64,000 nt of DNA from the human T2T-CHM13v2.0 reference genome, Homo sapiens. Shown one piece after another: positions 1 through 23,830 of the stretch (position 1 is its first letter; each line of letters starts with the position of its first letter). The notes beneath the pieces were generated by a model. It worked only from the letters and a program-made list of their open reading frames with translations, did no database searches and was not told where the DNA came from. The DNA lies in assembly GCF_009914755.1 (NCBI RefSeq), contig NC_060935.1, one strand, 5' to 3'. The translations under genes were made by a program, and so were the position numbers.

Positions 1-767
1 TAAATGTGTAAGAAATCCAGGAGGAGAGGATGCTACCTGCACAGTTCTAATGGGCTGGGACCAATTACAATAAGCAAAATATGTTATGCAAACAGAACCC
101 CATACACCTGGTGTTACTGTCTTGGAAAAGCCTCCAAAGCACCCTTTAGAGCACTACTCTGAATAGATACAGTAGAGAAGGGGATCTGAAGGGGGAAGAA
201 TGAGTACACGGGAAATTACTCCCAACGTATTTGCAGCACACATACAGACGTCACTGTAGTCCCCAAGTGCTCCAAGACCCAGAGCTGACAGAAGCGATTA
301 CATCTTTTCATGTTTCAGGATGTATACAAAGCACACAGCACGCTCTACACCATTCAGCCCCAGAGAGAGGAATGATGAGGGATAATTTAGATCAGCCTAG
401 TAGGTGCTAGCATGACCTGCACTGGGAGAAGGGCTGCCTGCCAAGCATACTGCCTGGAGGATCTGGAGGCTCATGCCCTCCCAACCAGGGCAAGCCTCCT
501 CATTTGCACACGATTCCCAAGAAAGAAAGTGAGGCTGGAGAACCTTGCTTCAGGCCAGATAGTACAAGAAACAAATTCTTTATGCATTTATGCCTGCTCT
601 TAACCATCAAAGAATCCCACAAGAGCCAATACTTACTTAGAGCATCTAGTCCAAACTAGAGAGAGAGCAAGTGCAGGAGTCCCCTAACAACCTCTTTGGG
701 GCCCTCATTGTCATAATGCCTTCTATTACTCTAGCACCTGACTCTTCCAAATCACATTCCTATAAAG

Positions 768-1378
<611 letters not shown>

Positions 1379-1423
1379 ATATAGAGGGTAGGGCAGGGAA
1401 CACACACAGAATTCAGAGGCTCA

Positions 1424-1774
<351 letters not shown>

Positions 1775-1886
1775 TTAACAGAATGATATCCCTCCTTCAC
1801 TCTATCCTCATTCCCATATTGCCAAAGAGAAAATGGGTTGCCTAACCACCCCCAATGACGAATACATTCGATATCTAAATGTTACT

Positions 1887-5049
<3,163 letters not shown>

Positions 5050-5721
5050 TGAGTTTACCTTCCCCAGCTTCCCTTCCCTTACATCTCTTAAAATAAGTTT
5101 GTTAATTCCACCACAGGCTTTGTCTCCTTTTTATTTCCCAATACTTGTTCCTCTCTCTTCCTAGAAAGAACACGTCATAATTTGCCTGTATCACAAATGA
5201 AATTCTCACAGTTGAGGATTCTTTCCTATTTGTCCTTAAATGCCGAACTTCTAACTAAGAAGAACTCAGAAGTTAGAAAGCGTTTACTGTATAGTATCTT
5301 GAATACCAAAGACAACAATTCCACCAGTTTTTTTCAGGGGGAACTATTCACACTCCGCATAATTAGAGGTAAAGCAAAACTTTCTGCTAACTAACATAAG
5401 GATTCTGACCTCCACAAGAAAAAAGGGACCTACAAGCATCTCAAAACTTAACAAGGTTCACTCTCATGATGCTCAGACTCCAAAACAAAAGATGAGAGCA
5501 CACATTTTCTCAAACCCTAAAAATCCTACTTCTAAGCAAATTTAATGAATGCCTTCCACAGAAACTTAAAGAAAAAGCATCAGTAGGAAAGAACCTTCGC
5601 ATTTAAATTGGATTATCCACATGTAATTTTTGAACTAAATCAAGACCAAGTATACCTTCATAGAGATTGCAGAAGAATCTTTAAGGAGAAAAAAAATACC
5701 AACAGCACTGACTGGCAGAGA

Positions 5722-5787
5722 TAATAATATTACTGAGGTGCCAAGCCAAAGACCTAATAATATTACTGAGATGCCAAGCCAAAGACC
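5722..5787. repeat. 33-bp tandem duplication (taataatattactgag[g/a]tgccaagccaaagacc) x2
   Basis: Read directly; one mismatch. Confidence 0.95.
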
Positions 5788-8700
5788 AACAAAATGGTGT
5801 CAAGAGCAAGCTGTATTCAATAGGAATGGGGTACCAAAAAGATAAAAAAAGGGAAGGCTGCATATGATGCCAGTGCTCTCGAGGAAGGCGCAGACCCTGA
5901 GTCATCAGTGTAAAGCCAATATGAAGGACACATATTGGCCAGGTGCAACAGACTTATTACAGGCTTCAGGACAACCCATTCACAAGTTAGGAACATAGCA
6001 CACAGTGAAACATCAGAGGTCACCGGAGCTCAAGTTTTGGAAGGTGTGACTTCCTTGTACAACTCTAAGTAATACCGTTTCATTTATTTAACAAGTGATT
6101 ATTGAGCCAATGACTCTCTGTAAGACCAAATGATGGGATATAGTAATAGGTTTTTTAATCTTTTTTACTAAAAAGGCCAAACAGGACTTATATTGCATAT
6201 GAAACCATAAGGAACATAATTTCAATTCTACTTATTCAATTCAACTAACATTTACTGAGCATCTACTGTGTGGCCAGGTAGTATTCTAGGTAGACAAGGG
6301 ATATATACAGACATGATCACTGCCTTCAGGGAGCTCACTGACGGAAAGGTAAACAAATAATTTTCTGTCATGGGTGCAATATCACAAAGAAGTATCTAGT
6401 ACACATGCAACAAAGAAAAGGAAGTGATTACTTGGGACAGTCAGGGAAGGTTTCCCAAGGGACACGGTGACAGCTGTGCTGGGTTTTGAATAATAAATTG
6501 TGTATATTCCCCATCCAAAGAAACTGGGAGAGATTAGATATCGAAACTCTTTAGACTCAGCTAGATCAATGGCACAGAAAAACTACTAAATTTGGACCCC
6601 TTTCTATAGTAGTCAGGCTAAGAAGACTGCTACTTTCCTCATTTTTAGGTTGCCGGCCCCCTTTTGTGGACCTACAATCAGCCCCGCAGACACCCATTTA
6701 TTTTCCTCCATCAATGTTTGGGCCGAGGCCTCCCTGGAGAATCCCCAAGTGACTGGAGCTGAGGGATCAAATAAGTGTGGTGGCCCACGAAGCCTCAAAG
6801 GGCTTCAGACTGTTCTAAGCTCCAAAGCAATTCCCCCATAAAAGTCTAAGAAACTTAGCAATCCAATGAGGGCTTCTAACTCTAACCTTGATGGCCACAT
6901 TTCACACTAAGGCCGTCAATGTACTTCCCCAGTCTTCATCTATCATGAGAGAAAAAGACCTAAATTCTCAGAAGACGCTCAGTCTTACTAAATACTCCAG
7001 ACCCAAGTCTTTAACTACCTAGAGACAGAATACAGAAACAATTAGTGCTTCTAGGAGGAGATTGAGACCAATTTTTATCTCTCTCAGTTGCTGGAATTTT
7101 AATAGTGAACATCCCTAACAGGGATCACTTTATTGGGATTAATCAATGTAGTTCTATGGGCAAATAACTAAAACAGCATTTCTCCTAGAAGCATTGTGTT
7201 AGTTACCATTCTACCCAAAAATAATAATTACAAATTATCTAACAGACCTCCAATTTCTTACAATAAGAGTTAACTGAAAAGTTCCCTCAGGCAATGACCT
7301 ACATGAGCAACAGAGGTTTTGACAAAGAAAACTGCTGTTTGAAGGCACTTATTTCAAATGAAACGGAGGAAAGGGTGCCCTCTTCAGGGCCCAGGAGTTC
7401 AAACCCCACTTTTGCTTACAAACACCTCTTTAAGAAATCATTTACTCTCTCTGTTTTGTCATCAGAGAGAGACTAGACTACAAAAGTTCTAGGTTCCCTC
7501 CAGTTTTAACTTGCCATTGAAACCATTTTCTTTTTCCTAGTACCAGTTTTTAAAGGCCAAGGGCACCCTACCGCAAGGAGCCACAATACCCTGATCTTCT
7601 GCTGGATCCTGCACTCCCACACAGAGAAATCATTTCTTTGTAGTGAAGCAAAGGCCCACCACTCAAGTTGCAATGTAGCGTCAGACTATTATAAAAAGAC
7701 AGTTTGCCCTCCACTGCCCACAGGCAAAAGGAGACAAACCGTGTACTGGTTATTACCACTTGGCAGCACACAGCTACACTGAAATACACACTGTATGCTT
7801 ATCAATACCCTCACTATTTGCAAACACTATTAAATATCCCAGCAGCACCAAGGATCCAGACATCTCTCCTTTGCCTATCTTCTACTATAAGGCCAATGAA
7901 CAAAACTTTCTCCTTTCAAGTACAATCACCTTTTATGAACTCCACTCACTCAGGAACAACAGTCATCTACAAAAACAGGCTTTGTTAAAAGAACCAACCT
8001 CGTACACAAACAGCAGGGACACCTTTTCTTCCCAGTCATCCTAACCTAGCAGCAGCAGCCCAACAGTGACACCTGCTGGAGAACTAGAAGCAAGGGTTGG
8101 CTCATCACCTAGAGACTTTCAGCCCCTTTAGAAGGCAGAGGAAGAGGCAGACCAGCACCTGTTTGTCTTAGTGATTTACATCAGAATGCAGCCATTCAAA
8201 TGGTGGTCCTTCTTTAATGTGTACGCACTTATTTTACAACATACCTCATTTTTGAGACAGCTGTCAGCCCTTATGGTATACGACATCCTAGCTCATTTAA
8301 AAGTGATTCCATATAAATAATGTAACTACTGTATTAATATACTATCTTACAATGAGAACCCTGAGTTATTTGTATATTTTAAAAGAAAATGAGCATAAAT
8401 ATAAAATTGTTTACAGTGAGATGACCAGGGACTTCATTTTTATAATACACATTTTTAAATGGTTGAACTTTAAACCACAATGCATATATTTTTTGGCACC
8501 AGAAAAGAAAAAAATACTTAAACAAAAAATTATGGTACATCCTTAATAGTTTCTGGGTTTTTTTTTAGACGGAGTCTTGCTCTGTCGCCCAGGCTTGAGT
8601 GCAGTGGTGCAATCTCGGCTCACTGCAACCTCCGCCTCCCCGGGTCCAAGTGATTCTCCTGCCTCAGCCTCCCACGTAGCTAGGACTACAGGCATGCACC

Positions 8701-8914
8701 ACCATGCCTGGCTAATTTTTTTTGTATTTTTAATAGAGACGCGGTTTTACCATGTTAGCCAGGCTGGTCTCGAACTCCTGACCTCAGGCAATCTGCCTGC
8801 TTCGGCCTCTCAAAGTGCTGGGATTACAGGCGTGAGCCACTGCACCTACCCAGTAGTTTCTGGGTTTTAAATAACCTACTTTATTAAGTGATTAATAATA
8901 TTTTAGATGTATAA

Positions 8915-9103
8915 TATCATAGCCATTAGTCACATGTGATTATTTAAATTACTTAAAAATTTAAAGATTACATTTATTTTCTCAGATCACAGTAGCAGCA
9001 TTTCAAATGCTCAATAGCCATGTGTGGCCAGTGGCTACCATCTTACATAGCACAGATAGAGAACATTTCCATCAGTGTAAGAAGTTTTATTGGACAGCAT
9101 TGC
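8915..9103. mobile_element. MER3/MER33-type hAT-Charlie remnant
   Basis: tcaaatgctcaatagccatgtgtggccagtggctacca...gaacatttccatca...tattggacagc. Confidence 0.7.
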
Positions 9104-9450
9104 TCTAGAAAATCTAGTGGTTACAGACAAAATTATCTGATATCTAGGTGCCGGGAGCAGACGGAATATAGATTAAAGAAAGCCAGCCAAGCATTGATAA
9201 CCTTTGAAGTCAGGTTATAGGTGTATGGAAGCTCAGTTATACTTTTCTCTTCGTTTTTATATATGTTTGAAGATTTCCATAATAAAATATTAAAAGAAAA
9301 AAAGTGGTTCACTTAAAAATGAAGTTATCGGCCAGGCGCAGTGGCTCACACCTGGAATCCCAGCACTTTGGGAGGCCAAGGTGGGCAGATCACCTGAGGT
9401 CGGGAGTTTGAGAGCAGCCTGATCAACATGGAGAAAATCCGTCTCTACTA

Positions 9451-9609
<159 letters not shown>

Positions 9610-9679
9610 TCAAAAAAATAAAAATGTTATATTAAGGAAAATGCCATGAAGGGCAGCTTGCACAAATCTTTAGTCATGA

Positions 9680-10186
<507 letters not shown>

Positions 10187-11998
10187 TAACTGGTATCTCT
10201 AATTATCATCAAACAATAGAGTTTATTTAAACCACTCAGGAATTTCTCAGAATAGCACATGAAGAGGTACTACTAAAGCAGAATGGACAAAAGCTAACCA
10301 GAGCACACTGGTATTACGGAAACAGCAACTGCTTGGTTTCTTAGAGCAGTAACTGAAGACAGTCCTTTTACAGAGATCTTTAATAAACTTTTAAAGTGCC
10401 TACTACATGTCATGCCCTGTGTTGACTGCCTTCTCACCACTCTTGGCAAAGAGGAAGAACAGAGGCTCGGGCTCCTGATGAAGACCAGTATGCCAGGCAC
10501 AATATTCCAAAACCAGGAATTGAGGAGCTGTTAATCCAGAACTGGTTTCAAGCATATGGGCAGAGTTAGCAACCTCTCTATTTTATTCATCTTTCACATC
10601 TAGTCAAGTCTCCCTCTGCTTCCTACCCAGGGCCCTTAGTAACTGCCTAAGAACCTACACATACCATACCCTTTCCTCCCTTAACATGTGCTGTTTCCCT
10701 AAAATAAAAAGGTCTTGCTCTCTCCAAATCCTATCCATCTTTCAAGACTTGATTTTGCAAAGCCTTCTTGGATGATACTTCCCTCTCTCTGAGACTACAT
10801 CCAATCTCGGTACCATACAATGAAGCATTTGCTCATCTATACTTTTGAAAAATTTCGTTGTCTTGCCTCCACAATAACACTGTAGACTCAGGTGGGTAAA
10901 GACCATGTATTATACTTCTTTTGTATTTCCCACAGTGCCTAGCACAGTGTTAGAAAATTTGTAACCATTCAACTAATACTTATTGACTGAGTGACTGTCT
11001 AAAGCATCCTCCCAAAATAACAAGTACATTATGTGCATAATTCATATTCCCACCCTTGTTAGAAGCTTATGTCAGAGAAATTTCAGTTGCTTCGACAGAG
11101 GATGTAATGCAGCGCAATATGCTGTTTGGATCCAACAGGCATATTCTTGGAGTTGGTGATTATGCTAGCTTTGACCTTTACAAAATTACAGAAAGAAGTC
11201 CCTAATAAATCAAGATAGATGCGCACATAGCCATACATGGAACATATGGTGGGCGATCAACTACACCTACTCTGTTTCTCCCATGAAAGAGTTGGCTAGG
11301 ATGCCAATCTGAGTATGGAGAGTCTTTCCTTCCATGAATTATTCTTCTTCTCCACCCCAAGGTGAAAGTCCACCTGGAAGGTCCATTCAGAGAATCTCAA
11401 CTGAGCAATAGGCTGCCCAAAAACAAGTATCTCTGAAAAAATTGGAATTTTTCTTGACATACATATATATACATATATGTATTTTTTTTTCTTTTCCCTT
11501 TGTCAAACTGCAGTGTTCCAAAAGATAAGGATTAGGAAGTGAACTCAGTTGTCCAAAGCAATACAATCAGCGAAGAGCCAATATACTAATCTCTACCATG
11601 CAGGGTTCTCTTTTACTTATTCCTAGGCACTCTGGGACTACTACAATAAGTAGTCCTGCACATACAATGTCTCGACAAGGTCAAAAAGCAGGCAGAGAAA
11701 GTCAATGGTTCCATCTCCTCATGCCTCTCTAACCTAATCTACACTCTCCTTTCAAGGCTAAAGCCAGAACCTTGAGCTTAGCCGAAATAGAGCTAGCGCA
11801 GCCAACTGACTCATACTGCTAGGCCCTATCCTATCTCTGCCACCAGAGCAAGATTTTCCAAGAAAATGCAATGGCGAGATCAGAAGCAGATGCGTGGGTC
11901 CCAGACACTCCAGATACAGCCACAACATCTATAGGACTCAAGGAAATGATACAAGGAGAAAAGCAAGGGATGCAGAAGATAGGAAAGCGACTGCTTAC

Positions 11999-13452
11999 CT
12001 CCTGAGTGAATCCTCCTCAGAGCTCTCCTCAGGCATATCCTGATGTAAGGCCTCCTGTGACACAGTTCCAGATCTGCTGGACTGGGTGTAAATTCTTTCC
12101 CAGTGGCCTGTCTCCTGGTTAAAGGCCACCCCCACAGTCCTCTCCTCCTGCGGACTAGCAGAGCTGCTCAACTCCAGCCTGCTGGAGCTGGGCGTTTGGC
12201 CCTCAGTCCGCTCGAGAGGTGGCAACTGGCTGCCACTTGATGGCACACTCTCAAAGGAGCTGGGGACCTGCCAAGAGGAACTAGCCTCGCCAGAGGAGTA
12301 GTTAGGTGTGGTTCTTTCCCAGCGCAGGGTATCGTTGTTGAAGGTCAGGAGATTGTGGCAAGCACGACAGCGATTCAGGTGGCCACGGGACAGGTTGGAG
12401 TTGTTCTCACTGCTGTGTGGGGTGGGCTGGTGGGAAGGGCCTGGCCTCTCAGATTCAATGTTATTGTTGAGCATTTCCTGGGCCTGTTGGGTCTGGGGAG
12501 CTTCCCCACTCAGGCTCTGATCCAGCTCCTGAAGCCGGTCATACTCCAGAAAGAAGCGTCTCAGGTCACACTGAAGCTCATGGCGAATGCTGCCCGAGTT
12601 GTTTTGGCTGGAGCCATTCCCTCCATCTGACTCAGTTGCCAACCCTGATGCCGGAAAACCCCTCCCTTCTGTGGCTGAAGTGTACACAGATGCCTGAGAG
12701 CCACCTTCCTGCTGTCTCAGCACAGACAGCAAACTCACCGAAGAGGCACTGGTTCTGGGCGGGGGCATGGATTCCGCCTCAGAGCGGGAGTTCAGACTGA
12801 GTACTGTCCGGGTCCACTCAGATCCTGTCAACCCAGGAGCTATTTCTCGGTGATACCTAGAAGGGTGGCTAGACAGAGGCCCTCCCAAAGAGCGGCGGGT
12901 AGGACCCAGACTGAGGTTGCGGAGCGTGTTGCCGGCAGTGCTGCTCTGGACTGTACTGAAGGCAGACGGCCGGTTCAGGAGGCCCTGGTCCTGCTGCGTT
13001 GACGAGGCCTGCTCCGGGGGATGGAAGGGCTCGGTCTGTACAAAAGAAAAGGAAGGGGTAGTAGCTCTGGCAGAAGCAGGGGGGACACTGTCCTGGTGTG
13101 GCAAGAGGGAAGGAACTCGAGTGCCAGAGCAGCGGCTGCAAAGGCACAGGATCCCAAGGTGCTGGCAGCACTCAGCTGTGGGGTAACTGACCCGCTGTCG
13201 GAGCCTGATGTAAGCGGAAGTCCTGGGGCGCTCCGTGGAGGGCTGAGGGGGAGGCGGTGGGGGTGAGGGGGTAGCAGAATCTTGCACTGTGCTTTGCTCT
13301 CCCACCTGGATGCCAGAAGAGCGGGAGGACAGCATGTGCAGGAAATTGTGGAGGAGAGGCGTCCGGCGAACTGGCTGTGATTGCAGGAGGGCACGCTGAC
13401 GGTAGTGGGATAATTCTGTTCCATCTATGGGGATCTCTGGTTCGTCATCACC
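11999..13452 (-). CDS. AMBRA1: AMBRA1 large exon 7 (aa 207-691; GDDEPEIP...EEDSLR; Ser/Pro-rich disordered region that splits the WD40 propeller)
   Basis: 508-aa ORF; TTGCAG|GGT acceptor; GAG|GTAAGC donor; 1454 nt; cumulative CDS 2072 nt. Confidence 0.97.
13036..13305 (-). other. AMBRA1: In-frame exitron (270 nt, aa 256-345) within exon 7
   Basis: CAG|GTGGGA donor and ccttccttttcttttgtacAG acceptor, exactly 90 codons apart; fits my recollection of 1298-aa and 1208-aa isoforms. Confidence 0.85.
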
Positions 13453-14028
13453 CTGCAACGTGGACCAGCATGGGGCAGGGGGTAGAGCAAGGCAGTTAGG
13501 TAGAACCTCCAAGTAAATCAAGAAAAACTAACCACTGACAATCATCCAAGGAAAACAATGTTCATAGGTAGGAAACAACTCTCTACCCCTGAAGCACTGA
13601 CAACTGGCCTCAGATTCAAAATAATCACATGGTATTAAATTTTCCACTCCCAATTAGCAGCATATCTGAATGAGTGCAGCTGACAAACCAATTGTCTTAC
13701 AAAAGACATCTCCCCATGACATGGAAGCAGTGAGGGGAAGCAAAATGTCAACCAGCCAGAGGCACATGAGTGACAAGCTATCCAACACTGTCTAGTGATG
13801 ATAAGGGTTACTTCTAATGAGGCAATCACTGGAGGGTTTCAGAATCGACTCTCCTGTCAAGATTATGGCTATAACCCTGAATATACAGTCTGAAGCTAGC
13901 TTTAAATCTTGACTGGAAAGATAAGACTTGGGTATTGAGAATTAAAATCCAATATAATCAGAATTGGAATACTAGTTAAGAAAAGAACTCACAGTTTAGC
14001 TGGAATTGGAACTGCTGGACTAACTTAC

Positions 14029-14095
14029 CTGTTGATTAGAGGGGTTAACAATTGCTGTGAGTAAGTAGTGTCCAAGTGGATCAAATCTCACCAGA
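14029..14095 (-). CDS. AMBRA1: AMBRA1 exon 6 ([22 protein letters not shown]); missed by the ORF track
   Basis: TTTAG acceptor, CAG|GTAAGT donor; 67 nt; restores phase 0 into exon 7. Confidence 0.95.
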
Positions 14096-14875
14096 CTAAA
14101 ATCACAGAAGAAAGAGACAAAGACACACATAGAGAGATTATGTTAACTGAGAAGAGGAAACTTGTGTTTGAATTTATAGCAATCATTACTGATAACTGGT
14201 ATCACTCAGGTATCCACTTCATTCAAGACTTCCAAAACTTTCAAAGAGATTAAAATAGTAACACTCAATACTTCTTGCCAGAGTAAAGGAATATGTATCA
14301 CAAAAATAACGATTTCACATGAAAAACACCTAGAGTTGCCATCCCAGGAAACAGCTACCTTAAGCACACCTTTGCTCAAATACAAGAGTTCATCCTAACC
14401 GTAAAGCATAAAATGCTCTCATACTCTGCCACAGAATCAGTTCTTCCCTCATATGGCAGCTACACCGGCAAGAAGCATGAATCTTGGTGGCAATGAACAG
14501 TCCCAGCATTAAGTGACATAGCTGAAACCAGAAAATTGGCCTGTATTCGACTGGAAATCCAAGAGGACCAAAGAAACACAATGCATCAACTTTAATACAG
14601 ACAATATGTTTTGATCTTGAGGACTAAATAAATGTCAATTATGTGCTTACATCTCCATCTTCCAGTTTGATAAACACAGACAACCCACCAAGGTATCTAA
14701 AATACCACCCAAACTTCTTTCAGGTTTTCCCAAAGAAGTACTATCCAAAACAGTTAGCTTTGAAACTAAAAGAGAGTCTAATGACCCTGATCTCCAAAAA
14801 CCAGAAGATGAGGCCAATAAGGGAAAGCTGAAATGAACAAAATGAATGTCTCCCAGCTGATTAGTCAGCTGCTTA

Positions 14876-15526
<651 letters not shown>

Positions 15527-15658
15527 TAGGAGGAGCTATGAGGATGACAACTTGCCCTGAGCAGGGATAACAACCTGACTTCCAAGGTGACAGCCAGTAG
15601 AATGTTCTCTATCACGTCAGTCCTGTGCCAGACAATGCAGATGGGGCAGCGCACTCAC

Positions 15659-15831
15659 CGGACCCGTTCCATCTCACTAGCTGTCTTCACCACAGCAAAG
15701 GGTTCCCGTCGACTCCAGTCCCAGAAGTGGATCTCATTGGCAGTGGCAATCAGCAGGAGCTGAGCCGTAGGGTGGAAAGCCAGGGAGGCAATGGCATTGT
15801 TGCTATCTGTGAACCAGCTTTCACTGCCACC
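15659..15831 (-). CDS. AMBRA1: AMBRA1 exon 5 ([21 protein letters not shown]...[25 protein letters not shown]; WD40)
   Basis: ACAG acceptor, CG|GTGAGT donor; 173 nt; frame continuous. Confidence 0.97.
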
Positions 15832-15961
15832 CTGTGAATGAACCAATTCCAGATATTCTCAGGTTACAAGCTACCAGCACACTGGGAAGTCAATTTCAAG
15901 AAAGGTCCATTTAAGGTAAAATGACTATGTCTAGGGACTACTTTAAATACATCCTCTGTAA

Positions 15962-17151
<1,190 letters not shown>

Positions 17152-17167
17152 TTAAGGAAATACTCAC

Positions 17168-17351
17168 GTGTAAATCCCAAATCCTAACCTCCCCATCTAG
17201 GCAGCCAGAAGCAATAAGGCCTGAGATGGTGGGATGAAAAGTGACACACCATGGAGTACGGCGGTGTCCAATCAGGGAATGAACACACTTGCCAGTCTTC
17301 ACCTCCGTAATATAGATATTATGGTTCACATGGGTGGAGGCTAAGAGAGTC
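17168..17351 (-). CDS. AMBRA1: AMBRA1 exon 4 ([13 protein letters not shown]...[13 protein letters not shown]...[10 protein letters not shown]; WD40 repeats)
   Basis: TTCTAG acceptor, CAC|GTGAGT donor; 184 nt; GH...WD WD40 signature. Confidence 0.97.
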
Positions 17352-17871
17352 CTAGAAAATCAAAGAGTAGAACTGAATTCAGAAGCATGTGGAAGGGTAA
17401 CCAATCTTATCAACTTTGGACGACATAGAATATTGATGCTACCTGCCAATCCCAACATGAAAGAAACTAAGCTTTGTATGTTAGGCAGTATATCTACAAA
17501 CAGAAATATTCTGATCTTTAAAAGCTTTTGGCTTGTCCACACTGTCCCCAAATGACACATGCCACATTCGGAAAATATTTTTTCCCACTGGAAAAACCAT
17601 CATACCACTGGTGAGCTGTATCACACAGGCAAATGATTGTTATTGAGAAACTTTCCAAGTTTTGATCCTCTCAGTTTCCTTTGCTTGTTCTCATGATTTT
17701 TCAGGTTAGCACTGCTCATCTACTTTCTTTCCCTTTCCGACACGGGGCCAAAGTGCTGTTCATACAGTACTTCAGAGAGACTTTAGGGACTGACTTGGAA
17801 GATCAAGCCAGGCCAAATATACAGAAAGCACTGTTATCACAAATCTTAAGTTATAGATAAATACTGAGTAC

Positions 17872-17930
17872 CTGTCTGGGCTGAAGGCCAATAAGAAGGT
17901 AGAGCGTGGACTATCCGGCAGTTCTACTCT
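17872..17930 (-). CDS. AMBRA1: AMBRA1 exon 3 (RVELPDSPRSTFLLAFSPDR)
   Basis: Poly-T tract + CCCAG acceptor, CAG|GTACTC donor; 59 nt; phase fits exons 2 and 4. Confidence 0.95.
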
Positions 17931-18300
17931 CTGGGAGACAAAAAAAAAAAAAAAGTTAAAATACATGATTTGTAGACCATGGTTCACCGTATCTCAAAAG
18001 CACATTAACCATTCTAGATTAGCATTCACAGTGTAGGCTTAAAAACTGGAGACAATGATCAAGCTACAAATTGAGAGAGATAAACCTAAATTACCTTCAG
18101 GAAAACTGTCTAGCTCTAAAGGAAAAAGATATTTCTAGCACATTAGTTCTTTCAAATTTACAAACAACTCCCTAAGTCAGATATGTCAACTCTCCCACAC
18201 AAGATAAATATATCCCAACTCTCTGCTGTTAACCCATTCTAAGGTCTCATTCTACCATCACCAGCACAAATCCTATGTGAAATATAGCCATTTTCCTTAC

Positions 18301-18435
18301 CTTGCCCTCCCATTTCATCCACCGGGTTTTATCTTCTACCAGCTCCTGCAGAAGCCGCTGAGCTCCCATGGCCCGAGCACCCCGTTCTCGCCCCCAGAGT
18401 ATCCGGACAGCATTCTTTTCTGGGACAACCTTCAT
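18301..18435 (-). CDS. AMBRA1: AMBRA1 exon 2 coding part (aa 1-45, [19 protein letters not shown]...WEGK; N-terminal DDB1-binding helical region)
   Basis: Recognised AMBRA1 N-terminus; gcgccATG start; AAG|GTAAGG donor; 135 nt. Confidence 0.97.
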
Positions 18436-18453
18436 GGCGCTCAGTAGCCACTG

Positions 18454-18549
18454 TCACACCAGGCCCAGGAAATGAAGGAGCAAGTAACAGCTCCAACACA
18501 CTGAAGCAGCTAAAATGAGGCCATACAGGTCCTTGTAAGTTGTCCTCAT
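18454..18549 (-). other. uORF1, 31 aa (MRTTYKDLYGLILAASVCWSCYLLLHFLGLV*), in frame with the main ORF
   Basis: Read directly: ATG at 18549, TGA at 18456-18454, then 6 sense codons before the AMBRA1 ATG; translation not shown. Confidence 0.7.
18510..18524 (-). other. uORF2, 4 aa (MASF*), nested in uORF1 in another frame
   Basis: ATG GCC TCA TTT TAG read directly. Confidence 0.6.
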
Positions 18550-18765
18550 GGAAATCTTAAGGAACAAAGAATAATGTCAAAGAACGACTTCTGCAACGAG
18601 AAGCTTCTAATTGCAAATACAATTCTAGCTCAAAAGGGAAATTATACTTTTCCTATTTAATGACACTTTCTCAGAAAAGACCCTTCCTCCCAGAATTTTT
18701 CTTCCAAAAATATTTCATACTCTCATATTCTCCATAGCTCAACCTTGTAGCTAAAGAAAGGATCA

Positions 18766-23830
<5,065 letters not shown>

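Larger units (their letters stand above)
18436..18555 (-). other. AMBRA1: AMBRA1 exon 2, 5' UTR part (120 nt), containing two uORFs
   Basis: Acceptor tctttgttccttaAG|ATTTCC (AG at 18557-18556), contiguous with the start codon at 18435. Confidence 0.8.

Noticed and set aside
12308-13424. Alternative-frame and antisense ORFs overlapping exon 7 (e.g. 149 aa at 12975-13424)
   Set aside because: Expected by-products of GC-rich coding sequence; deep inside the mRNA, no recognisable homology and no initiation route.
13453-13521. N-terminal [10 protein letters not shown]... part of the 508-aa ORF
   Set aside because: Intronic, upstream of the acceptor at 13454-13453, and begins at a non-ATG codon.
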